A DNA stretch of 63,746 nt, filler included, from Octopus bimaculoides (GCF_001194135.2; 5 parts of 5 records of this genome joined end to end with filler, not necessarily neighbours in it), one strand, 5' to 3'. Counted from the whole stretch's first letter, positions 51,044 to 63,585 are shown. Made by a program: numbers and translations. The notes: a model not told the origin generated them from the letters alone.

Positions 51044-51896
51044 TTAGGTCATCAAGTTTTGAAATTTGTAGAAAAGAAAATAGTTTGCTAATGGTTTATA
51101 AATACAAGGAATACTTTTATTCATCAAAGTATGCACCCATATTGTCAATACAATTTTGCCATCTCAGCAGTAGCTTGTCCAGCCTGGAACTGTAAAAGTC
51201 TGGTTGGTCATCTAGGGTCAATAAAATCCTGGAAGGCCTGTTTTACAGCATTGTCAGAATTAAATTTTTTTCCTATCAAAAAGTTATCCAAATTCGGGAA
51301 GAAGTGGTGGTCAGTGGGGGCAAGATCAGGTGAGTATGGTGGATGATGGAGAACTTCCAACTCCAACTCCTGTAGTTTCATCAATGTCATTTTTGTGATG
51401 TGTGGTCTGGCATTGTCTTGCAATAAAGTAGGAGTAGATCTGTCGACTAATCTAGGCTGATTTTTTGTAAGTTTCTGCATCATTTGGTCCAGTTGGCTGC
51501 AGTATACTTCGGTCGTGATTGATGAGCCAGGTTTAATGAAATCATAATGGATCACACCTGCGCCAAACCACCAAACACACACCATCAGCTTCTTTTGATG
51601 AATTGTGCTTTTTGGACTGTGTTTTGGTGGCTCGTCTTTGTCCAACCATTGTGCTGAACGTTTACAGTTGTTGTATTGGATCCATTTCTCATCATATATT
51701 ACAATTCGATTAAAAAATGATTCATTTTTGTGACGAGAAAGTAGCATAATGCAGGCTTCCAAACGTTGCTGTTTCTGATTTTCATTGAGTTCATGTGGAA
51801 CCCACTTACCCAACTTTTTCACTTTACCAATTTGAACTAGGTGAGTCAATATTGTTTGCTTGCTAACACCAAACAACAACGATAATTCAAGGGTAC
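51044..51896 (-). mobile_element. Mariner DD34D transposon, 3' two-thirds with TIR
   Basis: ORF 51208-51879: WVPHEL, IVIYDEKW, LLQDNARPH and HPPYSPDLAPTD (34-residue spacing). A frameshift near 51208 precedes PDFYSS..RWQNCIDNMGAYFDE*. Terminus TA|TTAGGTC at 51042. The 5' end is cut by a scaffold spacer. Confidence 0.92.
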
Positions 51897-51996
51897 NNNN
51901 NNNNNNNNNNNNNNNNNNNNNNNNNNNNNNNNNNNNNNNNTTAATTAATTAANNNNNNNNNNNNNNNNNNNNNNNNNNNNNNNNNNNNNNNNNNNN
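51897..51996. other. Artificial scaffold spacer N44-TTAATTAATTAA-N44
   Basis: Identical 100-bp spacer. Confidence 0.95.
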
Positions 51997-52037
<41 letters not shown>

Positions 52038-52039
52038 CG

Positions 52040-52222
52040 TGGGTCTTTGTGTTTGTTGTTGCCCGTGACACCACTTGACAACCGGTGCTGATTTGTTTAC
52101 GTCTGCGTAACTCAACGGTTCGGCAAAAGGACAGATAGAATAAGTACCAACAAAAATCTTTCAAGGCGGTACCCCCCGCATGGCCGCAGCTCCAGTGACT
52201 GAAGCAAGTAGAAATAAAAGAT
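52040..52222 (+). mobile_element. SINE 3' module B preceded by (TG)n
   Basis: CGGTTCGGCAAAAG..GATAGAATAAGTAC..GCATGGCCGCAG..GACTGAA.CAAGTA. Confidence 0.8.
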
Positions 52223-52400
52223 AAATTTAATTAATCAATTAATTTCGAAACGGCAGGACGTTCAACAGGAATCCGAATCGTTTTCAAAATCAAAGAGCTT
52301 GACATCTCCAAAAACAACAGCAGTCAGTGAATTTAATGATCTAATTAGAAATTTCGATTAAGGGATGTACAAAAATAATTTTGAGGCCTAGAGGTACGAG

Positions 52401-52829
52401 CAGAGCCCGATTAAGGTAATCAGAAGCCCTAAGCACTTACAAGATTTTAGTACTCCCTTATATATATATGTAATTAAAAATATAGACAATAATAAACCAT
52501 AAATTAAATTTTTATTTTTGAAAAGAAAACAAAACTAATAGCAAGATGGAAAATAATGTTTATTTTCGTAAACTTCCACTTTATCTATATTTGAAAAATT
52601 TTCTTCATTTTTTTAATTGCAAAGCCTCTGACTAGATCTTCACTGAAAGACCATGGACACTTTGAAATTTATTTCCATTATTACAAACCACATTGAATAT
52701 TATTTTAGCAAGTTTAAAGAGATTGCTTTTATGCCGTAAACCAATTACCATTTTTATGGTGCCCTGCTTCCCTTGATGCACTAAGCACTAAGCACTCGCT
52801 TAATTTGCTTAATCGTTCATCCAGCACTG
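52401..52829. mobile_element. hAT-type MITE
   Basis: Termini CAGAGCCCGATTAAG and (reverse complement) CAGTGCTGGATGAAC. 8-bp TSD GGTACGAG (52393-52400) / GGTAAGAG (52830-52837). Confidence 0.7.
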
Positions 52830-52928
52830 GGTAAGAGTCTTGAAAAGAAATTAAAAAACAACGGCCCTAAGTACTTTCTTGTGCCAATAGAAATAGGAGT
52901 GAAAGTTCTTCAAAATCGCACATTAGAC

Positions 52929-53716
52929 CAGCAGTACTCAACTAGGGTGCATGTGACCCCTAGTGGTCCATGTAATATTTTTTGGGGGTCCACACAAGCA
53001 AAATAGTAAACTGAGGATCCACAATAGTTTTATAAGAATTCAAAGAAAAATTTTGCTTCAGCAGTATTTATTGTATGTGGAGGCGCAATGGCCCAGTGGT
53101 TAGGGTAGCGGACTCGCGGTCATAGGATCGCGGTTTCGATTCCCAGACCGGGCGTTGTGAGAGTTTATTGAGCGAAAACACCTAAAACTCCACGAGGCTC
53201 CGGCAGGGGATGGTGGTGAACTCTGCTGTACTCTTTCACCACAACTTTCTCTCACTCTTACTTCCTGTTTCTGTTGTGCCTGTAATTCAAAGGGTCAGCC
53301 TTGTCACGCTGTGTCACGCTGAATATCCCCGAGAACTACGTTAAGGGTACACGTGTCTGTGGAGTGCTCAGCCACATGCTCGTTAATTTCACGAGCAGGC
53401 TGTTCCGTTGATCGGATCAACTGGAACCCTGGACGTCGTAAGCGACGGAGTGCCAACATAACATTTATTGTATAAAACAGGAACGTTTCTTTCTCTAATA
53501 TTTTACATAGTTAAAGATGTTTCCAGCTAATGAAAAATGTTCTCATAGGGAGTGCTATTGCAAACCTAAGTAACTGAATTGATGAAAAACAAAATGAGAA
53601 TTTTGAAAGAAGTATCTATACAACTAGTTTTTAAACAGAGAATAGCTATAGGGTCTAACAGAATAAAATAGTAATCAAAGGGTTCCATAGTTTTAAAAAA
53701 AAAATGAGAACCCCTG
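52929..53716. mobile_element. hAT (Charlie-like) MITE interrupted by SINE D
   Basis: Termini CAGCAGTACTCAA and (reverse complement) CAGGGGTTCTCAT. Flanks CATTAGAC / CATTTAGAC resemble the Charlie NTYTAGAN target. Confidence 0.6.
53077..53462 (+). mobile_element. tRNA-derived SINE, family D (full length) with TSD
   Basis: Perfect 11-bp TSD ATTTATTGTAT at 53066-53076 and 53463-53473. Confidence 0.93.
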
Positions 53717-54074
53717 CATTTAGACAATATGATTTTTGGTACATTGAATGACGAGATTATCATGATCTGAACACCTTTGAATATGCATCTAGAGGAGGAA
53801 ATCTTAGCTCGTTCGTGCAAGTTAAAGTATATGTGTGTACATATATATGTACATAGATATGTGATGTATGTGTTCATGTGAATGTGTGTGTGTGTGTGTG
53901 TGTGTGAGTGTGTGTGTGTGTAACAAATATAAACTGAAATAGTACACAACTCAATACATTGATTCAGCATTTAAATAAAGTTATAAAACCGCATACACGC
54001 ACACGCGCAGACATCACGCTCACGTGTACCACTATAGAGATGCACACACAGAAATATATACATATCTATACGCA

Positions 54075-54116
<42 letters not shown>

Positions 54117-54166
54117 CATACATACGTATATATTTATTATTCTTTAACAAGAATAATATTATACAC

Positions 54167-54197
<31 letters not shown>

Positions 54198-54984
54198 NNN
54201 NNNNNNNNNNNNNNNNNNNNNNNNNNNNNNNNNNNNNNNNNNNNNNNNNNNNNNNNNNNNNNNNNNNNNNNNNNNNNNNNNNNNNNNNNNNNNNNNNNNN
54301 NNNNNNNNNNNNNNNNNNNNNNNNNNNNNNNNNNNNNNNNNNNNNNNNNNNNNNNNNNNNNNNNNNNNNNNNNNNNNNNNNNNNNNNNNNNNNNNNNNNN
54401 NNNNNNNNNNNNNNNNNNNNNNNNNNNNNNNNNNNNNNNNNNNNNNNNNNNNNNNNNNNNNNNNNNNNNNNNNNNNNNNNNNNNNNNNNNNNNNNNNNNN
54501 NNNNNNNNNNNNNNNNNNNNNNNNNNNNNNNNNNNNNNNNNNNNNNNNNNNNNNNNNNNNNNNNNNNNNNNNNNNNNNNNNNNNNNNNNNNNNNNNNNNN
54601 NNNNNNNNNNNNNNNNNNNNNNNNNNNNNNNNNNNNNNNNNNNNNNNNNNNNNNNNNNNNNNNNNNNNNNNNNNNNNNNNNNNNNNNNNNNNNNNNNNNN
54701 NNNNNNNNNNNNNNNNNNNNNNNNNNNNNNNNNNNNNNNNNNNNNNNNNNNNNNNNNNNNNNNNNNNNNNNNNNNNNNNNNNNNNNNNNNNNNNNNNNNN
54801 NNNNNNNNNNNNNNNNNNNNNNNNNNNNNNNNNNNNNNNNNNNNNNNNNNNNNNNNNNNNNNNNNNNNNNNNNNNNNNNNNNNNNNNNNNNNNNNNNNNN
54901 NNNNNNNNNNNNNNNNNNNNNNNNNNNNNNNNNNNNNNNNNNNNNNNNNNNNNNNNNNNNNNNNNNNNNTATATATACATATAT

Positions 54985-55020
<36 letters not shown>

Positions 55021-55131
55021 GTATATATTTATATGTATATATAAATATATACATGTATGTATATATATATACATATATATCTGTGTATAATATTATTCTT
55101 GTTAAAAAATAATAAATATATACGTATGTGC

Positions 55132-55187
<56 letters not shown>

Positions 55188-55206
55188 CTATCTATGTATC
55201 TATCTA

Positions 55207-55240
<34 letters not shown>

Positions 55241-55518
55241 CACACACACATACACACACAGATGACAGGTAGAAAAACAGATAGATGGAAAGATTAGATA
55301 GATAGCTAGATATGAATGTGAGTGTGTACGTATGTATATACTATATACGCACATACACGAGCGTGCGCGAATACACGCACAGACATATATGAGAGTGTGT
55401 GCGCGGGACCGTGCATGCGTGCCCTTGTTTGCTGGCGTGTTTGTACGCATGAATGTATGTAGTATGTATGGACGAGTACATGCATTTATGCATGTATAAA
55501 TATAAATGTATCTATATA

Positions 55519-55549
<31 letters not shown>

Positions 55550-56517
55550 NNNNNNNNNNNNNNNNNNNNNNNNNNNNNNNNNNNNNNNNNNNNNNNNNNN
55601 NNNNNNNNNNNNNNNNNNNNNNNNNNNNNNNNNNNNNNNNNNNNNNNNNNNNNNNNNNNNNNNNNNNNNNNNNNNNNNNNNNNNNNNNNNNNNNNNNNNN
55701 NNNNNNNNNNNNNNNNNNNNNNNNNNNNNNNNNNNNNNNNNNNNNNNNNNNNNNNNNNNNNNNNNNNNNNNNNNNNNNNNNNNNNNNNNNNNNNNNNNNN
55801 NNNNNNNNNNNNNNNNNNNNNNNNNNNNNNNNNNNNNNNNNNNNNNNNNNNNNNNNNNNNNNNNNNNNNNNNNNNNNNNNNNNNNNNNNNNNNNNNNNNN
55901 NNNNNNNNNNNNNNNNNNNNNNNNNNNNNNNNNNNNNNNNNNNNNNNNNNNNNNNNNNNNNNNNNNNNNNNNNNNNNNNNNNNNNNNNNNNNNNNNNNNN
56001 NNNNNNNNNNNNNNNNNNNNNNNNNNNNNNNNNNNNNNNNNNNNNNNNNNNNNNNNNNNNNNNNNNNNNNNNNNNNNNNNNNNNNNNNNNNNNNNNNNNN
56101 NNNNNNNNNNNNNNNNNNNNNNNNNNNNNNNNNNNNNNNNNNNNNNNNNNNNNNNNNNNNNNNNNNNNNNNNNNNNNNNNNNNNNNNNNNNNNNNNNNNN
56201 NNNNNNNNNNNNNNNNNNNNNNNNNNNNNNNNNNNNNNNNNNNNNNNNNNNNNNNNNNNNNNNNNNNNNNNNNNNNNNNNNNNNNNNNNNNNNNNNNNNN
56301 NNNNNNNNNNNNNNNNNNNNNNNNNNNNNNNNNNNNNNNNNNNNNNNNNNNNNNNNNNNNNNNNNNNNNNNNNNNNNNNNNNNNNNNNNNNNNNNNNNNN
56401 NNNNNNNNNNNNNNNNNNNNNNNNNNNNNNNNNNNNNNNNNNNNNNNNNNNNNNNNNNNNNNNNNNNNNNNNNNNNNNNNNNNTAGTCCGCATCCATTAC
56501 ACTCACAAACACACGTC

Positions 56518-56569
<52 letters not shown>

Positions 56570-56570
56570 A

Positions 56571-56621
<51 letters not shown>

Positions 56622-56737
56622 CATCTATCAGTCTATCAGTCTATGTGTCCGCCTGTCTGTCTATCTATCTGTCTGACTGTTTGTCTGTCCAAGTGTCTAA
56701 GTATGTATTTCTTTATATCTCTCTCACACTGCGTGCA

Positions 56738-56781
<44 letters not shown>

Positions 56782-56829
56782 GCTCTCTTCCTCTCTGTAC
56801 ACACACGCACATACACACACACACACACG

Positions 56830-56864
<35 letters not shown>

Positions 56865-58370
56865 TGTGAGAATTTACAAAAGAACAACAGACGTACGCTC
56901 ACCGTACATATATATACATACATAAATTTCAATAGGTTTGTAAATTCAAATGCATATATGTGTCAGGGTGAGGGTGTCTACGTGTGCATGCGTCTGTACT
57001 GTGTGCGTATAGTGTGGGTGGGTGAGTAATTTATATTATATATATCATATATAGTCAACATTCTTTTATATATTTTTAATCATATACATATATGCTTATA
57101 TATATATATAATATAGTATATTATAATGTAATAAAATATAACACACACACACACACACATACACACATATATATATATATATACATACATATACATATGT
57201 ATACATATATGTATGTATGTATGTATGTTTGTATGTATGTACGTATGTATGAATGTATGAATGTATGTATGTATGTATGTATGTATGTATGCATATTATT
57301 CCGTTATTCATCCATTTCAAAATATTTTGATTTGACTTAAGACAAAATTTTCTTGGAGAAGAATCATACAAGGTCGACTGAATCAACCTATTTATGATAC
57401 TAATACTTAGATTATTGATCTCTGTTGCGAGGGAGAGGTGTAAAAATCGATATAGAAGCCGTCATCTATTTCTTTTTTTAATCGAGCATTTCCAACGTGA
57501 CCACTGCGTTTGCTGAGTTCCAAATTATTAAATTCTTTGTGGTTGTCGCTATCAATTTTACGGCGCTGTGAAGAGATTGTAATTAATCGTTATTCTTATA
57601 AAAGGAAATGATATATGTAACCTTCCTTCCTTCATTTGCCAACGGCAGTAAGGGTGTGAGATGCAATGTCTTTCAATTATAATTCTAAAACCTACCGGGG
57701 CTCGCTTAGACTTTACCTTGAGCTCTGTACTGCTCGCCACTTACACACTTTCAACATATTGTTGTTGCTGTTACTGTTGTTGTTATTGTTGTTGTTTGTT
57801 CTTTAGGTATAACTTGGTTCTGATCGACCAAACCTATAATTAAAGGCATCCAAAATTATGACCATCCAGTCATTTTATTGTTATTTTTTAATGAAATTTA
57901 ACAACTGCTTTTCTAGAATCTGAATAAGCCCGTAGAGGACTGTCGTTGACACTGTCTGACAGTTAAATAGTTTTATCGGGCGAGATCTACAAGGAACCAC
58001 CAAGGTGCGTTTATATGGTTGATAAACATGTTAGAAATGGCAATCAAATCTACCTCAATACACACCCTTTCGTCTTGAGATTGCATAATGTAGTTCTAGA
58101 TAGACAAATAAACAAATGTTTAATGTTGTCTAACTGCTTAACAGTCACCTATATCACAGAATCTCGCTTATCTACCATCAAACCGAGTGTAAACTAATAC
58201 TAGACACTATTTCGATGGCAAACTTTACGCCTATTTCCGAAAGTCGTTCGCTTACAAAAAAAGTGACTTTCAATAGAAATTAGTATAATTTTATTTCTTA
58301 AAAAAAAACCGTGTTCCCCATTTTCAAAATAATAATAATAGTAATAATTATAATAATAATAATAATAATC

Positions 58371-58426
<56 letters not shown>

Positions 58427-58526
58427 NNNNNNNNNNNNNNNNNNNNNNNNNNNNNNNNNNNNNNNNNNNNTTAATTAATTAANNNNNNNNNNNNNNNNNN
58501 NNNNNNNNNNNNNNNNNNNNNNNNNN
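58427..58526. other. Artificial scaffold spacer N44-TTAATTAATTAA-N44
   Basis: Identical 100-bp spacer. Confidence 0.95.
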
Positions 58527-58826
58527 ATATATATATACACACATATATATATATATATATGTACACACACACGCACGATAAACGTACAGTAATAAAGGTA
58601 ATGGCAATGTTATATATATAGGAAAATGATGCTTGTAATGAACTAGTAAGAGATCAAGTGTATGACCATATATAAAGGTGATGAATGCTCTATTGATATA
58701 AAGAGAGAGAGTGTGTTGTTAAGTGAAATGGAAATTAGAGGGGGGAAATAAGGGATTAATGGAGTAAAAATCACTTGTTTAAACTAAGTTAATATTATTA
58801 CCAAAGTTTACTTCAATATCCACGCT

Positions 58827-59110
58827 CTATAGGTGTTGATACAAGGATTTACCAATGAATAAAATAAAGTGAAGGGATCTATCTTGTGTAGAGCAGTATT
58901 TCATACGTAATAAAGTAAGGAGAAGAAAAATATTTATATGTTTTGAATACATCTTACGATAAACGTAAACAAACAAACTAAGAATGCTTTCAGAAGCTTT
59001 GATATGTCTTAGAAAGTTAAAGAAGATATTTAAAATTCTCAGACGCAGAATAATGCCAATAATATAGCCTAAACAGGATAAATTACCCCTATCTTTGCTG
59101 AAGAAAGTAA
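58827..59110 (-). mobile_element. Possible heavily decayed Penelope-like GIY-YIG remnant
   Basis: GYIIGII..NFLRHIKASESILSLFVY..GKSLYQHL* loosely parallels YIG..K.R..NH..FRH.K..NST.LSKY.W and the KHL* end of 6888-7530. Confidence 0.35.
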
Positions 59111-59216
59111 ATGCAACTAGGGAGATGGAAGTAAGAAGGAGCAATGAAATCAAGGGTATAAAGTTATAAGAGCACAACGTAGTGAACATAGTTGAAAGTA
59201 ATGTTTAAGTTCATGT

Positions 59217-59243
<27 letters not shown>

Positions 59244-59251
<8 letters not shown>

Positions 59252-59474
59252 ACTTGGGGATGGTCATATTGCCAGTTTAGCCAATAAAAACACACGCACT
59301 GTATATTTGGTGTTAATTTTTTTTTTTTTTTTTTTCAGCTTTATATTACATTAATCTTAATCTTAATCTTATTTCGGCCAGAGTTCTTTCGTCACACTTC
59401 TGTGACCTCATCAGTGGTCCTTTGTTTCCTTCTTTCTTATGTGTGTCTCACCTTGCTAACTATCAGCCATTTTG

Positions 59475-59476
<2 letters not shown>
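59244..59476 (-). mobile_element. Short ORF-less hammerhead module (solo pLTR / retrozyme-like) inserted in (TA)n
   Basis: About 230 bp between two (TA)n tracts; contains the hammerhead at 59376-59420. Confidence 0.65.
59376..59420 (-). ncRNA. Minimal type I hammerhead ribozyme motif
   Basis: Minus strand: GGACCA-CTGATGA-G-GTCACA gaag TGTGAC-GAAA-G aa CT-C-TGGCC. Stem II is a perfect 6 bp, stem III is 2 bp, and the triplet is CUC. Confidence 0.75.
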
Positions 59477-59539
<63 letters not shown>

Positions 59540-59555
59540 TTATATATATATGATT

Positions 59556-60630
59556 AATTGCAAGGATCGAACCTCCTGTCCGTTGGAAGGGAGATGTCTA
59601 GAAAAGGGTATTGTGTATAGAGCCAAAGTCCAGATAGAAGGCTTGCACGATTATAGAACTTATACAGGGGCTTCAGAAAATTCTTTTAAAACCAGGCTGT
59701 ATTCACACAAAAATTCTTTTAGATACCCCGAAAATAGGACAAAGAATAGCTTGGCAAAATACGTCTGGCAATTAAAGGAAACGAAGCCCAGCTTTTCAAC
59801 GTGACATGGAGGATTTTAGGTAAAGCATCGCCTTACAGACATGGTGCCCATAAAAGACCAATGAGATGCGATCTGTGTTTGTTGGAAAAACTGAATATCT
59901 TATTCCCAGATAAGAAAGCTCTAAACCAAAGACGTGAACTATTAAATTCATGTAGACATGCGTCCAAATTTAAAATGTCGGCAAGTAACATACCGTATGG
60001 GTAGTATATATATATATTTTTGATAATGTTTGACACCTTGTAACCATCGTGCAATCTTACAATTGGATTATTACCGCATTATAAATGATTTATTTAGCAT
60101 TGTAAGAATTTTGTATAGACCCCTACGTCATTTTAAGAAAACCTTCGACTGTTATATACATAGTTTTTTTTCTTTTCCCTTGTTTTTACTTCATTCTATT
60201 CTATTTATTTTAAAACACTTTGTATACAAATTTTACCGTTTTTATGGACGATTCTACATATGGAATTCTATTATGCATGTATTTTCGCCCGATTTTAACT
60301 TTTATACACCCAGCAGTTTCTTGCTCATTTTCTCTCTCTACTTCTTTCTTCCCTTCCCACCTTTCTCTCTTTTCTGTCTTTCTTCATTTCCTTCCTCACG
60401 ATAGCCACACTTTCTCTCTTTCTATATTAGTAACATTATTATCGATATGTTGCCCTTCCCCCTCTACTTCATAGGTTAAGATACAATTTTTGTTACCAGC
60501 ACGTAAGTTTTTTTGTGCGCGAGCTTAACTGCGTGTGTATGTGTATAAATTTGTATTCATATATATATTTGTGTCTTGCAAATATATACCTATATACGTA
60601 GATTATCTGTACGTATGCATCTGTGTATTT

Positions 60631-60672
<42 letters not shown>

Positions 60673-61055
60673 TGTGGATAGTCTAGTATGCGTATATGCT
60701 ATTGTAATTTTATTTCATTTTGAATGCAGCGTATATTTTATTTTATTTGATTGTAATGTGTTAATTCGAATATAATTAATTATATGTATTTTGAGCCCAT
60801 TTTTCTATTTAAGGTTTTCTTCGAATTTTTTTAAAATAGGATGAATCTATATTAAATTCATTTGTTTTGTCCATTGCGCATTCATAACCGTTATTTGAAA
60901 CGACCAATCAAACAGATCTATGTGTTTCAAATTTTATATTACTTTTGATTGCATAGTTATTCCTTTCCCATTTCTAACAAAACTGTCCGATGAACGGGAA
61001 CGTGAAACTCCGAGTAACAGTCTTTTGTTATATTTCTGCTGCTTTTAAATAAAGT
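59556..61055 (+). mobile_element. 5'-truncated Penelope-like element: GIY-YIG endonuclease + 3' UTR/pLTR with hammerhead
   Basis: NCKDRTSCPLEGRCLEKGIVYRAKV..TYTGASENSFKTRLYSHKNSF..SLAKYVWQLK, one extra T at 59793-59796, then NVTWRILGKASPY..RCDLCLLEKLNIL..LNQRRELLNSCRH (stop at 60004). (TA)n lies on both flanks, and AATAAA sits just before the 3' (TA)n. Confidence 0.85.
60982..61021 (+). ncRNA. Type I hammerhead ribozyme motif (CCGAUGA core)
   Basis: ACTGT-CCGATGA-ACG ggaa CGT-GAAA-CTC c GAG-T-A-ACAGT. Triplet GUA; stem III is a near-palindrome; stem I can extend via TAACAAAA/TTTTGTTA. Confidence 0.75.
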
Positions 61056-62657
61056 ATATATATATATATATATATTTATCTATATTAAGGGCATTACTAC
61101 TTATAAATGCCTCATGCTATGAGGGACGCTTAAAGCCAAAGCTACCATAATAAATATAAATGAATACATTTAAAGGGAATAATTGTAATTTTTTCCTTAT
61201 GAGCTTTTTGACTCTGACTNNNNNNNNNNNNNNNNNNNNNNNNNNNNNNNNNNNNNNNNNNNNNNNNNNNNNNNNNNNNNNNNNNNNNNNNNNNNNNNNN
61301 NNNNNNNNNNNNNNNNNNNNNNNNNNNNNNNNNNNNNNNNNNNNNNNNNNNNNNNNNNNNNNNNNNNNNNNNNNNNNNNNNNNNNNNNNNNNNNNNNNNN
61401 NNNNNNNNNNNNNNNNNNNNNNNNNNNNNNNNNNNNNNNNNNNNNNNNNNNNNNNNNNNNNNNNNNNNNNNNNNNNNNNNNNNNNNNNNNNNNNNNNNNN
61501 NNNNNNNNNNNNNNNNNNNNNNNNNNNNNNNNNNNNNNNNNNNNNNNNNNNNNNNNNNNNNNNNNNNNNNNNNNNNNNNNNNNNNNNNNNNNNNNNNNNN
61601 NNNNNNNNNNNNNNNNNNNNNNNNNNNNNNNNNNNNNNNNNNNNNNNNNNNNNNNNNNNNNNNNNNNNNNNNNNNNNNNNNNNNNNNNNNNNNNNNNNNN
61701 NNNNNNNNNNNNNNNNNNNNNNNNNNNNNNNNNNNNNNNNNNNNNNNNNNNNNNNNNNNNNNNNNNNNNNNNNNNNNNNNNNNNNNNNNNNNNNNNNNNN
61801 NNNNNNNNNNNNNNNNNNNNNNNNNNNNNNNNNNNNNNNNNNNNNNNNNNNNNNNNNNNNNNNNNNNNNNNNNNNNNNNNNNNNNNNNNNNNNNNNNNNN
61901 NNNNNNNNNNNNNNNNNNNNNNNNNNNNNNNNNNNNNNNNNNNNNNNNNNNNNNNNNNNNNNNNNNNNNNNNNNNNNNNNNNNNNNNNNNNNNNNNNNNN
62001 NNNNNNNNNNNNNNNNNNNNNNNNNNNNNNNNNNNNNNNNNNNNNNNNNNNNNNNNNNNNNNNNNNNNNNNNNNNNNNNNNNNNNNNNNNNNNNNNNNNN
62101 NNNNGGCAAAAACTTTTTTATTAATAAACAAATTTGGGAGAAAATAGTGGGGAGAGGGCGGAAGTATTTCCAAAATATCTTCGCAGAAAACAGCTTCAAG
62201 GAGTTGTGAAGAAAGAATTTGTACGTAGTCTGTTTCTGAGAACTATTCTATTGGACCGCTGTCTAATCACGTCTTTTAAAGTACACACACATACATAGAA
62301 AATGTGAGGTCATGGTAGAAAATTTTTACGATAGTTGATTTATGGAAAAGATTATGTTAAATTTTTGAAATGCAAATCTGTGAATGAAAATTAAGTTCAG
62401 ACCTCTACATGGTAGGTAGACCTGGTAGAAATAGCAGCCAAATCTCCCTCAAAACACCCTACTGTATTAATGCGACAATTCTGCGTATTATGTAGTTTGA
62501 ATGAGAAACTGTAACTAAAGATGAAGATAATTAACCCTACAAAGAGGTGAAAGAAGAGAGACAGCATAGTGAAAGTTTTCGCTGTCGTCCCCTTGTTGCT
62601 GTGTGAGCAACTGGTTGTTTTAATGGCAGAACAACGAAGGGAATTGCATTAGAAAAA

Positions 62658-63585
62658 GTTTTAATCGATTTTCTCGGTAAGTATGGGGGCTAGAAAAAAA
62701 TAGAAGAGGCATTAAGAAGTTGACGTGAAGAATTGCTTTAACAGTTAGAAAATGTTTGACATTTCAATCATCACCAAAAAATGAAGCTGTAAGAATTTAC
62801 GGGGAAATTGTATGTAAGAAGTAAAGCAGAAGTGATTTATAACTGTACTCCCAAAGTTCTGCAACTTAATAGCAGACGTAGCCAATTTAAGAAAAGTGAA
62901 GATAAAAGCTAAATGGAGAAGTATGGAATAAGTCATTGTTATACGCTTATAGAAAAAATAGACACGTACCTTTTTAGAGAACAAAATGTAGGTGAGAGCT
63001 ATTGTATTAGACGTTTGTCTAATCAGAGAGCAGAAATTGAAAGAAGATATATGAAATGGACGTGTGTGTATATGTGTGTGTGTTTTTGCAGATAATTTGG
63101 CGGGAGTTTTGCAGTCAGCACGAGGTGGTTTGTGTTTATCTCTCGAGTCGAATTGCTGTGAATTTGTAGGGGATCTTTTGAAATCGGCATGAAAGCGAAA
63201 GAGACAGAGAGAGCGCGGTTGTATGAGTGAAGTTCTTTTGAAGTTGCGTGAGACGGAAGAATTGATGTGCGTGTGTGTGTGTGTGAATGTGTGTGTGTTT
63301 GACAGGGTGTGCAAGACAGAATGTGTGGTGTGTATATGAATTGCTTTTGTGAGTGTGTGTGAAGAGACAGAGAGAGTAATGTTGATGGTGTGTGTGTATA
63401 TGAGAGAAAGATAACTGAAATTCTTTTCATTCAGTTTTTGTAGTGAGTAATTGACAGAGAAAGAGAGAGAGAGTGGTTATGTATGTATATATGTATAAAT
63501 GGCTTCAGTGACACACACTCACATACATGCACGCAGCTTGTTTTAATCGATTTTCTTGGTAACTATGGGGGCTAGGAAAAAATAC
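62658..63585. repeat. Pair of ~46-bp direct repeats about 880 bp apart
   Basis: GTTTTAATCGATTTTCT(C/T)GGTAA(G/C)TATGGGGGCTAG(A/G)AAAAAATA at 62658 and 63540. Confidence 0.85.

Noticed and set aside
61120-62210. TATGAGGG.. mariner-like terminus and a possible transposase tail across the gap
   Set aside because: Almost all of the putative element is N, and the flanking translation is not diagnostic.
62880-63000. KMEKYGISH..IDTYLFREQNV resembling a LINE RT motif (KL..YGI.G..I.SYL.NR.Q.V)
   Set aside because: A single weak motif without neighbouring RT motifs.
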